A stretch of DNA of 61,420 nt, taken from contig MFMN01000003.1 of the NCBI GenBank assembly GCA_001783515.1, forward strand, positions 1 through 61,420. Direction: 5' to 3'. The notes beneath the pieces were generated by a model. It was not told the DNA's origin. It made no database searches and saw nothing but the letters and a program-made list of their open reading frames with translations. This DNA is from Candidatus Kaiserbacteria bacterium RIFCSPLOWO2_12_FULL_50_10. Lineage in GTDB: Bacteria; Patescibacteriota; Minisyncoccia; Phycocordibacterales; UBA918. A program made the translations under genes and the position numbers. Shown here piece by piece: positions 18,744 through 29,524 of the stretch. Numbering within the stretch: position 1 is the first letter of the stretch; every line of letters begins with the position of its first letter.

Positions 18744-19094
18744 ATGGATCGTCTTATTACTACATACGCGCAGCTCATGCTTGCATATGCGCCTGAAAAG
18801 GTGCGTGCCAGCATGGAAAAGCGCGGGCACGGCAAGCTCTGGAAGCGTACGCTCCGTAAGGCCTTGCTTCTCGCAGGGAAAAGTACTGCCCGTACCGAGC
18901 CCGTTGTTATCCTTGCACGCGAAAGCGACAAGCAAAAACATGCTGAAAATATTGCAAAATCTGGCGGTGCGGAAGCGCGCGTTGCGATTGATGCAAGTAT
19001 TGTCGGTGGATTTATTCTCCAAAAAGGATTCTCACGCATCGACCGTTCCTACAAAACAGCACTTCATACACTGTATAAAAAAGTAACCGCATAA
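18744..19094 (+). CDS. atpH: ATP synthase F1 subunit delta (OSCP), short form (116 aa)
   Basis: Operon position between b and alpha. The C-terminal motif IDASIVGGFILQKGFSRIDRSYKTAL is delta-like. The start is the internal M17 of the track ORF, 1 nt after the atpF stop. Confidence 0.65.
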   Translation: MDRLITTYAQLMLAYAPEKVRASMEKRGHGKLWKRTLRKALLLAGKSTARTEPVVILARESDKQKHAENIAKSGGAEARVAIDASIVGGFILQKGFSRIDRSYKTALHTLYKKVTA

Positions 19095-19097
19095 ATT

Positions 19098-20648
19098 ATG
19101 TCAATCATCGAAACAATCAAGAAAGAACTCGAGAATATCTCGACTGACACACAGGCTGAGGAGGTTGGTGTGGTTTCTGCGGTATCTGACGGTATCGTTG
19201 AAATTGAAGGCATCACTGCAGCGCAGATGATGGAAATGGTCGTGTTTGAAACAACCGAAGGGAGGTCGCTTGCGGATACGCTTGCGCCCGATTCTGCGGT
19301 TATCGGACTCGTACTCAACCTCGAAGAAGACCTTGTTCGTGCGGTAGTTCTCGGCGAGTCACACACGGTCCGTGAAGGTATGGTTGTGCGTCGTACCGGT
19401 AAACTTCTCTCGATTCCTGTCGGAGAGGGTATTGTGGGGCGTGTCGTAAGTCCACTCGGCGCTACTATCGATGGAAAGGGTGCTGTGACAGGCGAAACAG
19501 TGGCAATGCCGATTGAGCGCGTTGCATACGGTGTTATGGAGCGTTCATCAGTGAACACACCAATTCACACCGGTATCAAGGCAATTGACTCAATGATCCC
19601 CATTGGTCGCGGACAGCGCGAGCTTATTATTGGTGACCGTGGTACGGGTAAGACAACTGTTGCACTTGACACTATCATTAACCAGAAATACGAACCAAAG
19701 GAAACTCGCCCGCTTTGTATCTACGTTGCCATTGGTCAGAAGCAGTCAAAGACGGCGAATATTATGCGCATTCTCGAAGAAGCAGGTGCGATGGAATACA
19801 CCACCATTGTTTCTGCGGGCGCGGGTGATGCATCGCCCCTTCTTTTCCTTGCACCATTTGCGGGTGCGGCTATTGGTGAATACTTCATGCAGAAGGGCAA
19901 AGATGTGCTCGTGGTCTTCGATGACCTTTCTAAGCATGCGGTAGCGTATCGCCAGATGTCACTCCTCCTTCGTCGTCCGCCAGGACGCGAAGCGTTCCCG
20001 GGAGACATCTTTTACCTCCATTCACGTCTTCTCGAACGTTCTGCAAAGCTTTCCGCAGAGCTCGGCGGCGGGTCACTTACTGCACTTCCGATTATCGAAA
20101 CACAGGAAGGTGACGTTTCTGCATACATTCCAACCAACGTGATTTCTATCACTGACGGTCAGATTTTCCTCGAAACAGATCTCTTCAACAAGGGTGTTCG
20201 CCCTGCGCTTAACGTTGGTATTTCTGTATCGCGCGTGGGTTCTTCTGCACAGACAAAGGCAATGAAGAAGGTTGCAGGCAAAATCCGTCTCGAACTCGCA
20301 CAGTTCCGTGAGCTCGAGGCCTTCATGCAATTTGCCTCAGACCTCGATGAAGAGACCAAGAAGCGTATCGATTCAGGACGCGCCTTTACGGAGCTCTTGA
20401 AGCAAAAGCAAGGAAACCCACAGCCATTCTATAAGCAGGTTGTTTCACTTTTTGCGGCAAACAGCGGCTATATGGAGGGGGTGCCTGTTTCACAGATCAA
20501 GAAACTTGAAGACGACTTTTTGAACTACATTGAACGCGAACATGCGCAGGTGCTTTCTACTATTGAGACAGCTCGTGATCTCTCTGATGAAGTACAGGCA
20601 ACGCTCAAGACAGCAATTGCAACCTTTAAAGAAACCTACACCGCATAG
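19098..20648 (+). CDS. atpA: ATP synthase F1 subunit alpha
   Basis: 516 aa with Walker A GDRGTGKT and overall alpha-subunit sequence. Confidence 0.95.
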   Translation: MSIIETIKKELENISTDTQAEEVGVVSAVSDGIVEIEGITAAQMMEMVVFETTEGRSLADTLAPDSAVIGLVLNLEEDLVRAVVLGESHTVREGMVVRRTGKLLSIPVGEGIVGRVVSPLGATIDGKGAVTGETVAMPIERVAYGVMERSSVNTPIHTGIKAIDSMIPIGRGQRELIIGDRGTGKTTVALDTIINQKYEPKETRPLCIYVAIGQKQSKTANIMRILEEAGAMEYTTIVSAGAGDASPLLFLAPFAGAAIGEYFMQKGKDVLVVFDDLSKHAVAYRQMSLLLRRPPGREAFPGDIFYLHSRLLERSAKLSAELGGGSLTALPIIETQEGDVSAYIPTNVISITDGQIFLETDLFNKGVRPALNVGISVSRVGSSAQTKAMKKVAGKIRLELAQFRELEAFMQFASDLDEETKKRIDSGRAFTELLKQKQGNPQPFYKQVVSLFAANSGYMEGVPVSQIKKLEDDFLNYIEREHAQVLSTIETARDLSDEVQATLKTAIATFKETYTA

Positions 20649-20665
20649 TTTGCGAACACAACAGT

Positions 20666-21571
20666 ATGTCTCTCAAACTTATTAAACAAAAAATCGTCTC
20701 AACACGAAAAACCGGCAAGGTAACGCGTGCTATGGAGGCGGTGTCGGCGGTAAAAATGCGCAAAACGCAGGAGCGTGCTTTTGCGGCGCGCGTGTACGCG
20801 CGTGCTGCCGTACGTATGCTTGCAAGTATTTCGCGTCTCAATGAGTCGGCAGTAGCACACTATACGATGCGCACTACAGAGAATAACCGCGCACTTCTTG
20901 TGCTCGTCACCAGTGATAAGGGGCTCGCAGGCGCCGTAAACAGTGCGGTGCTCAAGCTGGCGGATTCATTTTTGCAAAAGCATACGTGTGACTTCATTTG
21001 TATTGGTCGCAAAGCGGTTGAATACGCAGAGAGAAATGGTGCAGTCATTGTGCACAAGGAAACGAATGTTGCCGACAATGTCTCGCTTCAGAATGTTGAG
21101 CATATTACCAAAAAAGCCCTTGAGGCATATAAGGAAGGGACGTATGGCGTTGTCTATGTCCTCTACCAGAACTTCCTCTCAACGTTTGAACAAAAACCAC
21201 TGGTGCGACAGGTGTTGCCGCTGAACCCCGAAGGGCTTGAGGTGATGGTCCGAGAAATCGTGCCGAAGTCAGGAAAATTTGCAGACCGCACGGAAGAAGC
21301 CGTCGGCACGGGGAGCGAATACCTCATCGAACCTTCTGCGGAAGAGCTTATGCCTGAGCTTGTCTCGCAACTTGTTCACGTCGCGATCTATCATGCGCTC
21401 ATTGAGCATAAAGCGTCTGAACACTCAGCACGTATGGTTGCAATGAAAAACGCGACCGACAAGTCAAAAGAAATAGCAAGGTCGCTCACGCTCAAGTTCA
21501 ACAAAGCACGCCAAGCAGCAATCACTGCCGAAGTGTCGGAGATTACCGCAGGAGCCGCAGCTATCAAATAA
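20666..21571 (+). CDS. atpG: ATP synthase F1 subunit gamma
   Basis: 301 aa with the N-terminal IKQKIVSTRKTGKVTRAMEAVSAVKMRK and C-terminal ITAEVSEITAGAAA helices typical of gamma. Confidence 0.9.
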   Translation: MSLKLIKQKIVSTRKTGKVTRAMEAVSAVKMRKTQERAFAARVYARAAVRMLASISRLNESAVAHYTMRTTENNRALLVLVTSDKGLAGAVNSAVLKLADSFLQKHTCDFICIGRKAVEYAERNGAVIVHKETNVADNVSLQNVEHITKKALEAYKEGTYGVVYVLYQNFLSTFEQKPLVRQVLPLNPEGLEVMVREIVPKSGKFADRTEEAVGTGSEYLIEPSAEELMPELVSQLVHVAIYHALIEHKASEHSARMVAMKNATDKSKEIARSLTLKFNKARQAAITAEVSEITAGAAAIK

Positions 21572-21572
21572 T

Positions 21573-21592
21573 CCCATCCAATTTTGAAAGAA
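21573..21592 (+). repeat. Family-1 element, right-arm fragment
   Basis: CCCATCCAATTTTGAAAGAA lies directly after the atpG TAA. Only the right terminal arm is present. Confidence 0.5.
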
Positions 21593-21607
21593 ATTAGTCG
21601 CCATTAA

Positions 21608-22996
<1,389 letters not shown>

Positions 22997-22997
22997 A

Positions 22998-23117
22998 TTC
23001 TTCCAAAAGTTGGCGAATTTGCATTGGCTTCACAAATTTTTACCCTCACCGTATGCTGAATACGGCTCCGGCAAAAATTTGCTCCAGCCAACGCAACTTC
23101 ACTCAATTTTGAAAGAA
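22998..23117 (+). repeat. Family-1 palindromic intergenic element, copy B
   Basis: It starts 1 nt after the atpD TAG: TTCTTCCAAAAGTTGGCGAATTTGCA...CAATTTTGAAAGAA. Confidence 0.85.
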
Positions 23118-23143
23118 TCTATATAGTTCTAAATAACTATTGT

Positions 23144-23383
23144 ATGAAAACTTTTCACCTCACGATTGCCTCTCTTGACAAATCTGTGTTTGATGGCTTT
23201 GTAACACGCGTTACGGTACCAGGAAGTGAGGGTGAGATGACGATTCTTGCCGATCACGTCCCCCTCATCTCGCGTCTCTCCGCAGGAACGATTACGTGTA
23301 CGGATGCTGCAGGCGATCACACGTTTGCGGTCACGCATGGCGTACTCGAAGTGGGCGCGAGCAGAGCAACAATTCTCATCTAA
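23144..23383 (+). CDS. atpC: ATP synthase F1 subunit epsilon, N-terminal beta-sandwich only (79 aa)
   Basis: Operon position. FHLTIASLDKSVFDGFVTRVTVPGSEGEMTILADHVPLIS matches the epsilon N-domain. The C-terminal helical hairpin is absent. Confidence 0.75.
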   Translation: MKTFHLTIASLDKSVFDGFVTRVTVPGSEGEMTILADHVPLISRLSAGTITCTDAAGDHTFAVTHGVLEVGASRATILI

Positions 23384-23397
23384 ACAGATGAGTTACA

Positions 23398-23424
23398 ACA
23401 AACCGCTTTCCGAGCGGTTTGTTT
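23398..23424 (+). terminator. Intrinsic terminator after atp operon
   Basis: ACAAACCGC-TTTCCGA-GCGGTTTGTTT. Confidence 0.75.
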
Positions 23425-23443
23425 CGTGTATACTGTGAGGCAT

Positions 23444-23965
23444 ATGTTTCGCATCATCGGTATCATTGCGCTCCTGGCGCTCCCCGCTACGCTTTCTGCT
23501 GCGGTGGGTATTTCGCCATCAGGAATTGAGGCAACAGTACCTTCAGGTGCGCAGCAGGACGGTTCAGTTATCTTCATGCGCGATGATGAAGATGCAAAGA
23601 CTGCTATGTATGTGACGGTCTTCTCTGACAGCGCATTTCTTCTCACGGAAGGCGTAGAATATTTTATGGACGCGGGCGTGAAGCGCATAACTATCCCGTA
23701 CCGTTTTGATGCCACGGAGTATGTGCCGGGGAGCTATACCGGCATCTTGTATCTTCGTCCCGAGCGTGCATCCTCACGGGCAGTCAATGGCGTACAGGTC
23801 CAGGTGCAGGGCGGCGTACGGGCAGCCATGACCGTAACGGCGCCTGTAGCAGCGACATGGAAGGATGGTGCTCGGGAGAATATTCGTGATCACTTCGCGC
23901 TGTATCAAGAAACCGCTGGTTACTTGATGGGGAGAGCAAAGGCATATGTAGCGGGTATTTTCTAG
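23444..23965 (+). CDS. Secreted hypothetical protein (signal peptide, GISP N-terminal module)
   Basis: MFRIIGIIALLALPATLSAAVGISPSGIEATV... TATACT lies 9 nt upstream of the ATG. The N-terminal module resembles that of the 24900-26498 protein. Confidence 0.55.
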   Translation: MFRIIGIIALLALPATLSAAVGISPSGIEATVPSGAQQDGSVIFMRDDEDAKTAMYVTVFSDSAFLLTEGVEYFMDAGVKRITIPYRFDATEYVPGSYTGILYLRPERASSRAVNGVQVQVQGGVRAAMTVTAPVAATWKDGARENIRDHFALYQETAGYLMGRAKAYVAGIF

Positions 23966-23974
23966 GCAATGTCT

Positions 23975-24003
23975 AAAAAACACGGACTACATCCGTGTTT
24001 TTT
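23975..24003. terminator. Bidirectional terminator between convergent genes
   Basis: AAAAAACACGGA-CTACA-TCCGTGTTTTTT. It overlaps the lepB stop codon. Confidence 0.75.
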
Positions 24004-24535
24004 AGAAGGAAAAAATGGGGTACGCAAGGCCATATATCCACTGGCGAGGGATGGGGCCAAGAAGTCTCGAATCGGCACGGCTGTGCTCGCGATTATCGCC
24101 AAGTACAAAATATTCATGCTCGGCGAGAGGCCCGAACGTTGCGGGTTTACTGTCCCAGGTGCGGGTGAGGGTACCCTCGCGTAGGTAGGGTTCATCAAGG
24201 AGGACTTCGGTGCCGTCAGTAGCAACAAGATAGACGGCGTTTTTTCGGATACGGAGTGTTTCACCAGGGAGTCCTATGATGCGCTTGACCAGCAACATAC
24301 CGTTTGGTTTGTGCAGGAGCTGTACGATATCGCCACGTTGTGGCTCGCGGACAAGGAGTGACACTTTTTCGATGATGAGGCGCTCGTTATCGCTGAATGT
24401 TGGAAACATTGAAAGTCCATCAACAACGCCGACCGAAAAAAGAAATGAACGCACAAAGAGTGCGGCAATAAGGAAGAGAAAGAATGCAAAGGAAAGCTTG
24501 CCGGCAGTACGTAAAAAAGTGCGATTGAACGTCAT
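24002..24535 (-). CDS. lepB: Signal peptidase I
   Basis: Catalytic region GLSMFPTF, VKRIIGLPGETL and GDNREHSRADSR. The start is moved to M20 of the track ORF because TGGTATACT plus 6 nt precedes that ATG. Confidence 0.85.
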   Translation of the reverse strand: MTFNRTFLRTAGKLSFAFFLFLIAALFVRSFLFSVGVVDGLSMFPTFSDNERLIIEKVSLLVREPQRGDIVQLLHKPNGMLLVKRIIGLPGETLRIRKNAVYLVATDGTEVLLDEPYLREGTLTRTWDSKPATFGPLAEHEYFVLGDNREHSRADSRLLGPIPRQWIYGLAYPIFSF

Positions 24536-24541
24536 GCTTGC

Positions 24542-24550
24542 AGTATACCA
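24542..24550 (-). promoter_or_regulatory. Extended -10 box TGGTATACT, 6 nt upstream of lepB ATG
   Basis: The reverse complement of agtatacca reads TGGTATACT, followed by GCAAGC and then ATG (24535). Confidence 0.6.
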
Positions 24551-24610
24551 CTTACTCCAGAGAACTGAGATACCGTTTCTCTTTTTGGACACCTTGCGTA
24601 TACTTGCGCT

Positions 24611-24877
24611 ATGACGAACACACTTCTTGGACTCAGTGCATCGGTGTATCAGCTCGGTGAAATGGTGGCAATTCTCGCACAGCTTCAGCTCTTGTGGGGA
24701 TTTCTCGCAGGGTTCGGGCTCGCGGTGCTCATGTACTCGTTTATGGCAACAATGCCAGAAAGAACGGTTCGGGCGCCAGGAGCAAGGTCAAAGGCGAGCG
24801 CCATCGCACTTGCCTGTGTCGCACTCTTCTGTCTTGCTTTCACGGTACTTGCCATTATATCCACAGTTCGTTTCTAA
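24611..24877 (+). CDS. Small membrane protein, unknown function
   Basis: 88 aa with 2-3 hydrophobic helices. TATACT (24599-24604) plus 6 nt precedes the ATG. Confidence 0.5.
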   Translation: MTNTLLGLSASVYQLGEMVAILAQLQLLWGFLAGFGLAVLMYSFMATMPERTVRAPGARSKASAIALACVALFCLAFTVLAIISTVRF

Positions 24878-24899
24878 TGACCCGTGGTACACTGCGTCT

Positions 24900-26498
24900 A
24901 TGCAGTTCGCTCTACGTTTATCTACTCGCGCCTTCGTGAGTACGCTCATACTTGTCGTTGTGCTCGCTATGGCGCTTCTCGTGCCTCGTGTGCAGGCTAT
25001 CGGTATTTCACCGCCGATTATTCAGGCGACAGACATCCTCCGCAACTCGGCGCAGTCATACAGCGTGTCACTCCTTATTCAAGATCCCGCGCCGTACGAC
25101 ATGTACTTCAGTGCGGAGCCGCGCGGAGAGTATGGACACTACCTCAAGGGAGCATCGGAGGTCGTCATCCCGCAAGGGAAGACTTCCGTGGTGTACGACT
25201 TTGAACTCGAGCCAATTGACGCAGCGATTGGTTCATACAATCTCCAGCTTGCGTTTACCGAAAAACAGAAGGCTGCGCCTTCAGAGAACGGCGCCGAGGG
25301 TGGCGCAAAAGTGGTTGTGCTCCAGGGGGCTATCCTCGTCATCTCCATGGGTGTTACGGGAGAGGAGCGAGTCTCGTATGAGATTACTCGCGCACAATTC
25401 GAAGACACCGAGCCACGCATTCCGCTTATTGGTACCTACACGGTACGAAACACGGGCAACGTTGAATGGAAGCCAGACCGCATTGAGGTCGAAGCGTATG
25501 AAGTAGCCGATCCAGAAAACAAAGCAATGTTTGAGGTGAAGAGCGAAGCGATTCCGCTCGTGAAGCCAGGGAAAGTGCTCGATGCAAAAATATCGCTCGG
25601 TCACAAACTCACTGAAGGGCGCTATCGCGCAAAGGTTCGTTTCTATTATAAGGATGCGATGATCCAAGAACTCGAGACGCCACCGTTCAGTGTCTTCCAA
25701 GTAGGGACACTCGATCAGGCGGGAGAGCTCGTTGAAGTGACCACCAACAAAACCACCTACAATGTAGGTGAGCAGGTTGTGCTTCGAGGACTCTTTAAGA
25801 ACACAGGAGACGTTACCGTTGAGGGTCAGCTTGAGACGCAGGTCTATAAAGACGGCGCCTTCGTCAATCTTGAAGTATCGCGCACGCTCAATATCGACCG
25901 CCGTCAGGAAACTGTCTTCGAGCAGTTCATTAAGATGAACGAGCCAGGCGAATACACACTTGAAGTTGCGGCAACCTACGGTACGCGCAAAACGCCCGCA
26001 CAAAAGATAACCATCACGGTGCAGTCAGGCACGCTGAGCGCCGTGGGTAATATGTATATTACCATTGCGCTCCTCTCACTCTTTGTTATCGGCGTCATCA
26101 TTTTCCTTATCCTCTTTGCGCGTCGTAAAAAGAAAGAGCAGGCACAGGCGGGCGGCGCAGTCGTGGCGCCCATCGCTCAGCCGGTCGCGGCCGTGACTTC
26201 CGCTCCTGCTGTGCCGGCAACACCGATTGCTGTGCCAGCAGTAGCGCCGCTCCCCACGCCCGTGCCAGCAGCACCCGCTCCAGCTCCGATACCGGTAGTG
26301 ACACCACAAGAAGTTCCCACAGCCCCGCTCCAGACAGTCTCTCTAGAAGCACCCGTAGTCCCAGCACTAATTCCAGACCTCCCGCATGAAGTATCGTTAC
26401 CTAACCTGCCTAAGGTGGAGATTCCTTCAGTATCAGAAATTACTTCAGAGCCGCTTGGAAAACAAAATCCTGAATCAACGACAGCTACCGTAATATAG
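24900..26498 (+). CDS. Cell-surface protein: signal peptide, GISP module, beta-rich repeats, C-terminal TM anchor and Pro/Ala-rich tail
   Basis: The start is at M92 of track ORF 24627..26498 (MQFALRLSTRAFVSTLILVVVLAMALLVPRVQAIGISPP). TGGTACACT plus 6 nt precedes the ATG. Confidence 0.6.
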   Translation: MQFALRLSTRAFVSTLILVVVLAMALLVPRVQAIGISPPIIQATDILRNSAQSYSVSLLIQDPAPYDMYFSAEPRGEYGHYLKGASEVVIPQGKTSVVYDFELEPIDAAIGSYNLQLAFTEKQKAAPSENGAEGGAKVVVLQGAILVISMGVTGEERVSYEITRAQFEDTEPRIPLIGTYTVRNTGNVEWKPDRIEVEAYEVADPENKAMFEVKSEAIPLVKPGKVLDAKISLGHKLTEGRYRAKVRFYYKDAMIQELETPPFSVFQVGTLDQAGELVEVTTNKTTYNVGEQVVLRGLFKNTGDVTVEGQLETQVYKDGAFVNLEVSRTLNIDRRQETVFEQFIKMNEPGEYTLEVAATYGTRKTPAQKITITVQSGTLSAVGNMYITIALLSLFVIGVIIFLILFARRKKKEQAQAGGAVVAPIAQPVAAVTSAPAVPATPIAVPAVAPLPTPVPAAPAPAPIPVVTPQEVPTAPLQTVSLEAPVVPALIPDLPHEVSLPNLPKVEIPSVSEITSEPLGKQNPESTTATVI

Positions 26499-26499
26499 T

Positions 26500-26532
26500 A
26501 CAAAACAAACATGCACTGCATGTTTGTTTTGT
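26500..26532 (+). terminator. Long palindromic terminator hairpin
   Basis: ACAAAACAAACATGCA-C-TGCATGTTTGTTTTGT. Confidence 0.7.
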
Positions 26533-26640
26533 ATGCACCAGATATTTGGATATTTTGTTAGGGTATGTTATATTCTTGCGCGTTGCTCACCCGAGTAACA
26601 TGCTTGATCTTTCACAACTATTTCCTTGAAAGGGAAAAAT

Positions 26641-28173
26641 ATGACAAAGCTATACCGAAGTATTTTTGCGCTCGTTTTTGCAATGTGCGGAGTTATGTCT
26701 GCATATGCGGACGACAATATTGCTGTTGCAGTAGGTGATTCTCATACGCTGTTCCTCAAACATGATGGGACTGTTTGGTCTACTGGTTATAACGGGAACG
26801 GTCAACTCGGGGATGGAAGTCTCTGGAAAAGATCAAGCCCAGTGAAAGTGACCGGGCTTAACAATGTTGTTTCTATTGCCGCTAGTGGGCAGCATTCGCT
26901 CTTTCTAAAAAGCGACGGCACTGTATGGGTCTCCGGCCTTAATAATAATGGTCAATTGGGAATCGGCACACTTGAAAATAAAAATATAGCTGTGCAGGTT
27001 CCTAATTTGTCTAGTGTTGTTGAGCTTGCTGCGAGCGGGGATTCGTCAGCGTTTCTAAAAAGCGACGGCACTGTATGGATTACAGGTAAAATCTGCGGGC
27101 AGTTTGGTATGAATAGGTGTGGAACTCCGCTGATTCTGTTGAATCCAACACAAATAACCAATGCTCCAGTCGGCGTCACTTCAATATCGCTCGCTACTAC
27201 TTACGGTCATTACTTAAAAAATGACGGCACGGTTTGGGCTGCTGGTGAAGGGAGTAACGGACAGTTAGGTGATGGTAGTGGGGTATTTAGTGCAAATCCT
27301 GTACAGGTTAAAAATGTTTCTAACATTATTAAAATATCTGGAGGATTTTTTCTACAGAAAGACGGATCTGTATGGGCTACAGGGAATAATACTTATGGAC
27401 AGCTCGGTGATGGCACTACTGTTTCGCGGAATGAACCAATAAAAATCACTACAATCTCTGACGTAAAAGAGATTAGTGCAAGGTCAGCTCATTCGCTTTT
27501 CCTGAAAAATGACGGCACGGTTTGGGCTGCTGGTTTTAATGGGTATGGTCAACTCGGAGATGGGACAACCGTAAACAAGTCTGTGCCTGTTGCAGTTATT
27601 GGTGCAAAGAATGCTCTCACGCTTGCTTCTATGAGTTATCAGTCCTTTTATGTAAGGGGGGACGGGGTTGTGTATGGAATGGGTTATAACGCCTTCGGTA
27701 AACTCGGTATTGGGTACGAAAGCTCATACGAGGTTACGCCCACTGCGGCTCTGAAAGGTGCATCCATTGATACTTGTAACGATACCTACCTTCACCTCCT
27801 CCCGTGTGGCCCTGTGGTAAATGCAATCTTGCAGAAGACGTACTTGGGTGGCTACCCGACAACACGTGAGCATATTGCCATTACCTATAAGGTCTTCAAC
27901 AAGAGCCTGAGACAGATTCCGCCAGCAACGCTGTATCGCTCTACGTACCTCAACGAGGTGAATGCGCTTGTTGCCACTTGTCAGGCAAATACGCCGTGCC
28001 CCGTGCTTGCGCAGCCTGGAGAGTACTACATCATTGGTGAGTATCTCAATCCCTACGGCAGCGCATCATATCGCATGAAGTCGGTTACGTCGGGCTCTGA
28101 CTGGTTCAACCAGGCAACACTCCTTTTTGTGAGTCATTACGACACGCCAAGCAACCTGCTCTGGACGCACTGA
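26641..28173 (+). CDS. Secreted RCC1-repeat (beta-propeller) protein with extra C-terminal domain
   Basis: Signal peptide MTKLYRSIFALVFAMCGVMSAYA, then 7 or more repeats of the G.NG.GQLGDG..V RCC1 signature. The last ~140 aa are unrelated. Confidence 0.8.
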   Translation: MTKLYRSIFALVFAMCGVMSAYADDNIAVAVGDSHTLFLKHDGTVWSTGYNGNGQLGDGSLWKRSSPVKVTGLNNVVSIAASGQHSLFLKSDGTVWVSGLNNNGQLGIGTLENKNIAVQVPNLSSVVELAASGDSSAFLKSDGTVWITGKICGQFGMNRCGTPLILLNPTQITNAPVGVTSISLATTYGHYLKNDGTVWAAGEGSNGQLGDGSGVFSANPVQVKNVSNIIKISGGFFLQKDGSVWATGNNTYGQLGDGTTVSRNEPIKITTISDVKEISARSAHSLFLKNDGTVWAAGFNGYGQLGDGTTVNKSVPVAVIGAKNALTLASMSYQSFYVRGDGVVYGMGYNAFGKLGIGYESSYEVTPTAALKGASIDTCNDTYLHLLPCGPVVNAILQKTYLGGYPTTREHIAITYKVFNKSLRQIPPATLYRSTYLNEVNALVATCQANTPCPVLAQPGEYYIIGEYLNPYGSASYRMKSVTSGSDWFNQATLLFVSHYDTPSNLLWTH

Positions 28174-28286
28174 TCCCGCTATGCCCTTAGAATAAAATAA
28201 TAGAGAGTTCTTTTTTAACCGCCAGCAATGGCGGTTTCTTTTTGGTGATAGCTCCATGTTATCCACAGTTTGCGTGCGAGGAGTCG

Positions 28287-28295
28287 TGGTATACT
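28287..28295 (+). promoter_or_regulatory. Consensus extended -10 box TGGTATACT with no start codon nearby (orphan)
   Basis: The motif is identical to the leaderless-gene boxes, but the next supported ATG (28483) is 187 nt away. Confidence 0.45.
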
Positions 28296-28482
28296 TGTGC
28301 GTAGGGAAAGGTTGCATCAATTGATGCGAGAGATGCTGCGCTATCAGTACATCTCCTTCAGCGTTCGACGTCCCGTCAGTCTGAGTGTGTGCGTGCGCTA
28401 TCACGTAACACAAACACACTGACACATTATTTGCCACTGCCTCGCAATTATGCGAACAGTGATAATTCATAATTATATTCAT

Positions 28483-29490
28483 ATGGAAGATCGAAGTTCC
28501 GATCATCTTGTGCTCGGGGGACTTTTGTTCCTTGTATTCTCACTCGTCGTAGCACTCGTATTTGTGTATACACGCGCAGCTGATACTACAACTGGTCAGT
28601 CGCCAACAACATCAGCGACTATTGATAACCAGGCACCTGCAGTTGATTCAGTTAACATTGCATATGTTGATAACGGAGACCTAAGTGCTACCAGTGGTAA
28701 CATCGGACTCACCCTTGGTGGGCAAACACAGGTAGTTGTATGGGGAACCCTCTCCGACGCAAACGGTGAAGCTGACATCGACGAAGTATCTGTTGTTCTT
28801 CGTCGCTCAGGCGCAACAAACGCAGATAGCTGTACTGTTGACCTCAACGACTGTTACACAGCATCAGGCACTCAAGCTGTCCCTGGCGCTTGTGAGTTCA
28901 CTGCTGATACTGCGACAACAAAGCATTACGCATGTACAGTGAACCTTGAATTCTTTGCAGACGGTACTACCGCCGGTGGACAGTTTGAAGCAGAGAACTG
29001 GGTAGCAAATGTTGTTGTCACAGACCTCACGCCTACTACAGGAACCGCATCAGCAACAACTGAAGTGAACGCACTCCTCGGCCTCTTTATCCCAACAGAT
29101 ATTGCCTATGGACAGTTTGCTCTTGGTGCAACCTCATCAGCATCAGCATCAGTCTCAGGTAACGGCTCAAACGTTATTCATAACATCGACCAGAAGGGTA
29201 ACGTCATCGCTGACGTAACCGTAGAAGGTGGTGTTATGACCTGTAGCGCACTCGGTACTATCCCAGTGGGTAACCAGAAGTGGGCACTCGCAGCAAACGG
29301 CTACGAAAGTGCAACCGCACTTACGGCCACCGCGTTCGATACTGACCTTGCAGTACAGTACCAGACCGACGACAACTACGTTTCGAACCCATCACGTAAG
29401 CAGCTCTTCTGGTCTATTGGTATTCCAACAACCGGCGTTCGCGGAACCTGTACAGGTACGAACACCATTTCAGTCCTCGCAGCACAATAG
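28483..29490 (+). CDS. Membrane-anchored/secreted Thr/Ala/Gly-rich surface protein, unknown function
   Basis: MEDRSSDHLVLGGLLFLVFSLVVALVFVYT anchor followed by a beta-rich extracellular part. Confidence 0.55.
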   Translation: MEDRSSDHLVLGGLLFLVFSLVVALVFVYTRAADTTTGQSPTTSATIDNQAPAVDSVNIAYVDNGDLSATSGNIGLTLGGQTQVVVWGTLSDANGEADIDEVSVVLRRSGATNADSCTVDLNDCYTASGTQAVPGACEFTADTATTKHYACTVNLEFFADGTTAGGQFEAENWVANVVVTDLTPTTGTASATTEVNALLGLFIPTDIAYGQFALGATSSASASVSGNGSNVIHNIDQKGNVIADVTVEGGVMTCSALGTIPVGNQKWALAANGYESATALTATAFDTDLAVQYQTDDNYVSNPSRKQLFWSIGIPTTGVRGTCTGTNTISVLAAQ

Positions 29491-29524
29491 TGCGACACAT
29501 TAACGGGCTAATTCAATAAGGAGT

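Noticed and set aside
18269-19039. 256-aa ORF on the minus strand across atpF/atpH
   Set aside because: It lies fully antisense to two recognisable ATP synthase genes in a conserved operon. Its Arg/Ser/Cys-rich composition is typical of antisense frames. It has no promoter box or family resemblance.
24597-24604. Overlapping palindromic -10 (GTATAC) shared by divergent genes if lepB started at GTG 24592
   Set aside because: A much better lepB start (ATG 24535 with TGGTATACT plus 6 nt) exists. The face-to-face promoter overlap is therefore probably not real.
25281-26003. 240-aa minus-strand ORF inside the 24900-26498 surface-protein gene
   Set aside because: It is antisense to a gene with a signal peptide, a promoter box and a paralogue. 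It has no start signal of either type seen in this genome.
28259-28267. Perfect DnaA-box 9-mers TTATCCACA here and at 40978-40986 as a possible replication origin
   Set aside because: There are only two isolated boxes, 12.7 kb apart. No box cluster, no adjacent AT-rich unwinding element and no dnaA/dnaN are nearby. About 0.5 such 9-mers are expected by chance in this length on two strands. They might still be DnaA-regulated promoters.
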